IMG/VR virus record: IMGVR_UViG_3300047160_004205
Location: 1,686 to 65,685 of that record
Strand: one strand, 5' to 3'
Length of the DNA: 64,000 bases
Source: a virus
Lineage: Duplodnaviria; Caudoviricetes
The notes below the pieces were generated by a model. That model was not told the origin of the DNA. It did no database searches and saw only the letters and a list, made by a program, of their open reading frames with translations. The translations under genes were made by a program, and so were the position numbers. Below, piece by piece: positions 62,664 to 64,000 of the stretch (positions are counted from its first letter, which is position 1; each line of letters begins with the position of its first letter).

Positions 62664-62866
62664 CTTTTTGCCTTATCGGTTATCTCGCTGGGCTTCTCCA
62701 TAACGCATAACGTACTGCCTTGATCGAACCTGATGATGGCGGAACTGCGCGGCGGACAACCGCCATCGTGATCGGGCCTGATAGTGCGGATATGCTCAGT
62801 TTCAACCCAGATCGGCTTGCCATCGGGCGTTGTCAACAAGATGACAGCGAGCACGATCGCAAGCAC
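62660..62866 (-). CDS. Small hypothetical protein
   Basis: 68 aa; TTPDGKPIWV...V.E...EI. Confidence 0.55.
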   Translation of the reverse strand: MLAIVLAVILLTTPDGKPIWVETEHIRTIRPDHDGGCPPRSSAIIRFDQGSTLCVMEKPSEITDKAKR

Positions 62867-62869
62867 AGT

Positions 62870-63175
62870 TTACCCCGTTGGTGTCTGCGGTGACGGCGGA
62901 GGTGGCGGCGGCGGGTGCAACAGGGATGCAATGGTGCTGTCCTTGTCCCGCGCGTTCCGTGAGGAGCCAAAATAGAAGCTGATAACCATCGTCGTCATGC
63001 CGCCCAAGGTTCCCACCAGCGTATTGAGCACGGCCGTAGAAGCGGCATCCGTCTTTGGCGGGAAGAACATCCACATGATGATGATGCTGATGAAGGCAAC
63101 CACCAGCAGGATCGCGAGGATTTTCTGGGTATCACTCCAGGGCGTCGTCGTGGGGTTCATCGCTCCCGTAACCAC
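62870..63175 (-). CDS. Putative holin (two TM segments)
   Basis: ILAILLVVAFISIIIMWMF and LVGTLGGMTTMVISFYFGSSR. Confidence 0.7.
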   Translation of the reverse strand: MVTGAMNPTTTPWSDTQKILAILLVVAFISIIIMWMFFPPKTDAASTAVLNTLVGTLGGMTTMVISFYFGSSRNARDKDSTIASLLHPPPPPPPSPQTPTG

Positions 63176-63795
63176 ACTTTCTGGCCGTTGGTTCGGACGA
63201 AATTAGTCTCGCGCGCAAGCCGGTTAATGGCGATGTGGGCCCGGGAGGGATTGGCGATTGCATAAATCGCTCCCAGCACGTCGTTCTGGGCGTTGGGATC
63301 ATCATCGGCCTGGAGGTGGAGATCAGGCCGCATGATGAGCACGATCTTTTGCGCTGCACCATAATATTTGGCGCACCCTAGTCCGAAGGTTTGTAGACAG
63401 GAGCCATAGGTATCCTGGCCGTAGGGGACATTGCCAGGAAGCTGGTAGGTGCCGCACCACAGAGATGGCTGAATCCCCAGTACGTAGACGGAGCGTTCGG
63501 AGACGCCCTGAGCAATGACTGCCGCTGCATTGCCTCCACAGGAGTAGCCGACGACAACCGTCTTATCCGAGTGCGACGACGCCCGAATTTGGTTGGCAAC
63601 CGTTTGCGTGTCGTAATAGGCGTGCGTCGAGACATGCCCTACCCCCGAGATCGCCCGGGCTTTCCGGGCAATGACATCCATGCCAGCCGAGAAGATAGGG
63701 GGCCCCGCCCCATAGAAAATCCAGACATTGGTCGCGGCCCACGCCGGATAGGCCACAATCGAAAGGAGAAGGGCAAGGGTGAGAGATTTTTTCAT
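63157..63795 (-). CDS. Secreted alpha/beta-hydrolase-like protein
   Basis: Signal peptide MKKSLTLALLLSIVAYPAWA; VVGYSCGG nucleophile elbow. Confidence 0.65.
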   Translation of the reverse strand: MKKSLTLALLLSIVAYPAWAATNVWIFYGAGPPIFSAGMDVIARKARAISGVGHVSTHAYYDTQTVANQIRASSHSDKTVVVGYSCGGNAAAVIAQGVSERSVYVLGIQPSLWCGTYQLPGNVPYGQDTYGSCLQTFGLGCAKYYGAAQKIVLIMRPDLHLQADDDPNAQNDVLGAIYAIANPSRAHIAINRLARETNFVRTNGQKVWLRER

Positions 63796-63802
63796 GGCTA
63801 CC

Positions 63803-64000
63803 TCACTGCGGATAAGACATTACCACAATCCCATCGCTGCCGTTACCGGCCTGAACGGCTCCAGCCGTACCGCCGCCCCCGCAACCATTCCCCGTCGCAT
63901 TGTTTCCAGCCCCCGAGAGTTTCCCGGCCCCACCACATCCGCCTCCCCCACCACCGGCCGTTCCGGTGGCGGTTCCACCACCACCTCCAGCATAGGTCAC
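63803..64000 (-). CDS. 3' end of Gly-rich virion/tail protein (truncated by window)
   Basis: GGGGG runs and terminal GNGSDGIVVMSYP typical of phage glycine-rich tail proteins. Confidence 0.65.
   Translation of the reverse strand: MTYAGGGGGTATGTAGGGGGGCGGAGKLSGAGNNATGNGCGGGGTAGAVQAGNGSDGIVVMSYPQ

Larger units (their letters stand above)
1..64000. mobile_element. Tailed dsDNA phage (podovirus-like, P22-type head/ejection module), probable Alphaproteobacteria host
   Basis: Terminase-portal-scaffold-capsid-adaptor-ejection gene order, lysis cassette, Bet/exonuclease, GcrA homologue; no host housekeeping genes, tail sheath or tape measure. Confidence 0.95.

Noticed and set aside
63803-64000. PE-PGRS-like host gene marking a prophage boundary
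   Set aside because: Gly-rich tail with GIVV-x-x-Y ending is typical of phage tail proteins, and it is co-oriented with the lysis cassette
1-64000. Stop-codon reassignment
   Set aside because: Core genes (terminase, portal, capsid) are full length under the standard code

Overview
The window is most of a tailed dsDNA phage genome with a P22-like podovirus layout. A GcrA homologue points to an alphaproteobacterial host. The leftward late arm runs from terminase, portal, scaffold and major capsid through two paralogous head-tail adaptors, a tail protein and three ejection proteins. It continues into a large tail/decoration module that includes a GH74-like propeller and a 1331-aa repeat protein, and a lysis cassette sits at the right end. 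The middle and right carry early genes, an exonuclease/Bet recombination pair, RusA-like, GcrA and LexA-like regulators, and a displaced tailspike cassette. The main find is a dispersed glycan-building toolkit: two TPR-GT9-like proteins (one fused to a methyltransferase), GT2-like and STELLO/GT75-like transferases, an NDP-sugar epimerase, a DUF6165-like protein, and TylF- and FkbM-like methyltransferases. No base-modifying enzyme is visible, which suggests virion-protein or host-surface glycosylation. Also seen: a four-copy GTGTAG-N9-CTACAC operator, a repeated hairpin-GTTTG-GAGGAGCAA early-gene spacer with a complementary anti-SD hairpin, likely leaderless regulators, and Acb2/Tad1-like, HiPIP-like and VPLPA-CTERM genes. 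No integrase, DNA polymerase, primase, tRNA, CRISPR array or reverse transcriptase was recognised. All family calls come from motifs read by eye, not from database searches.
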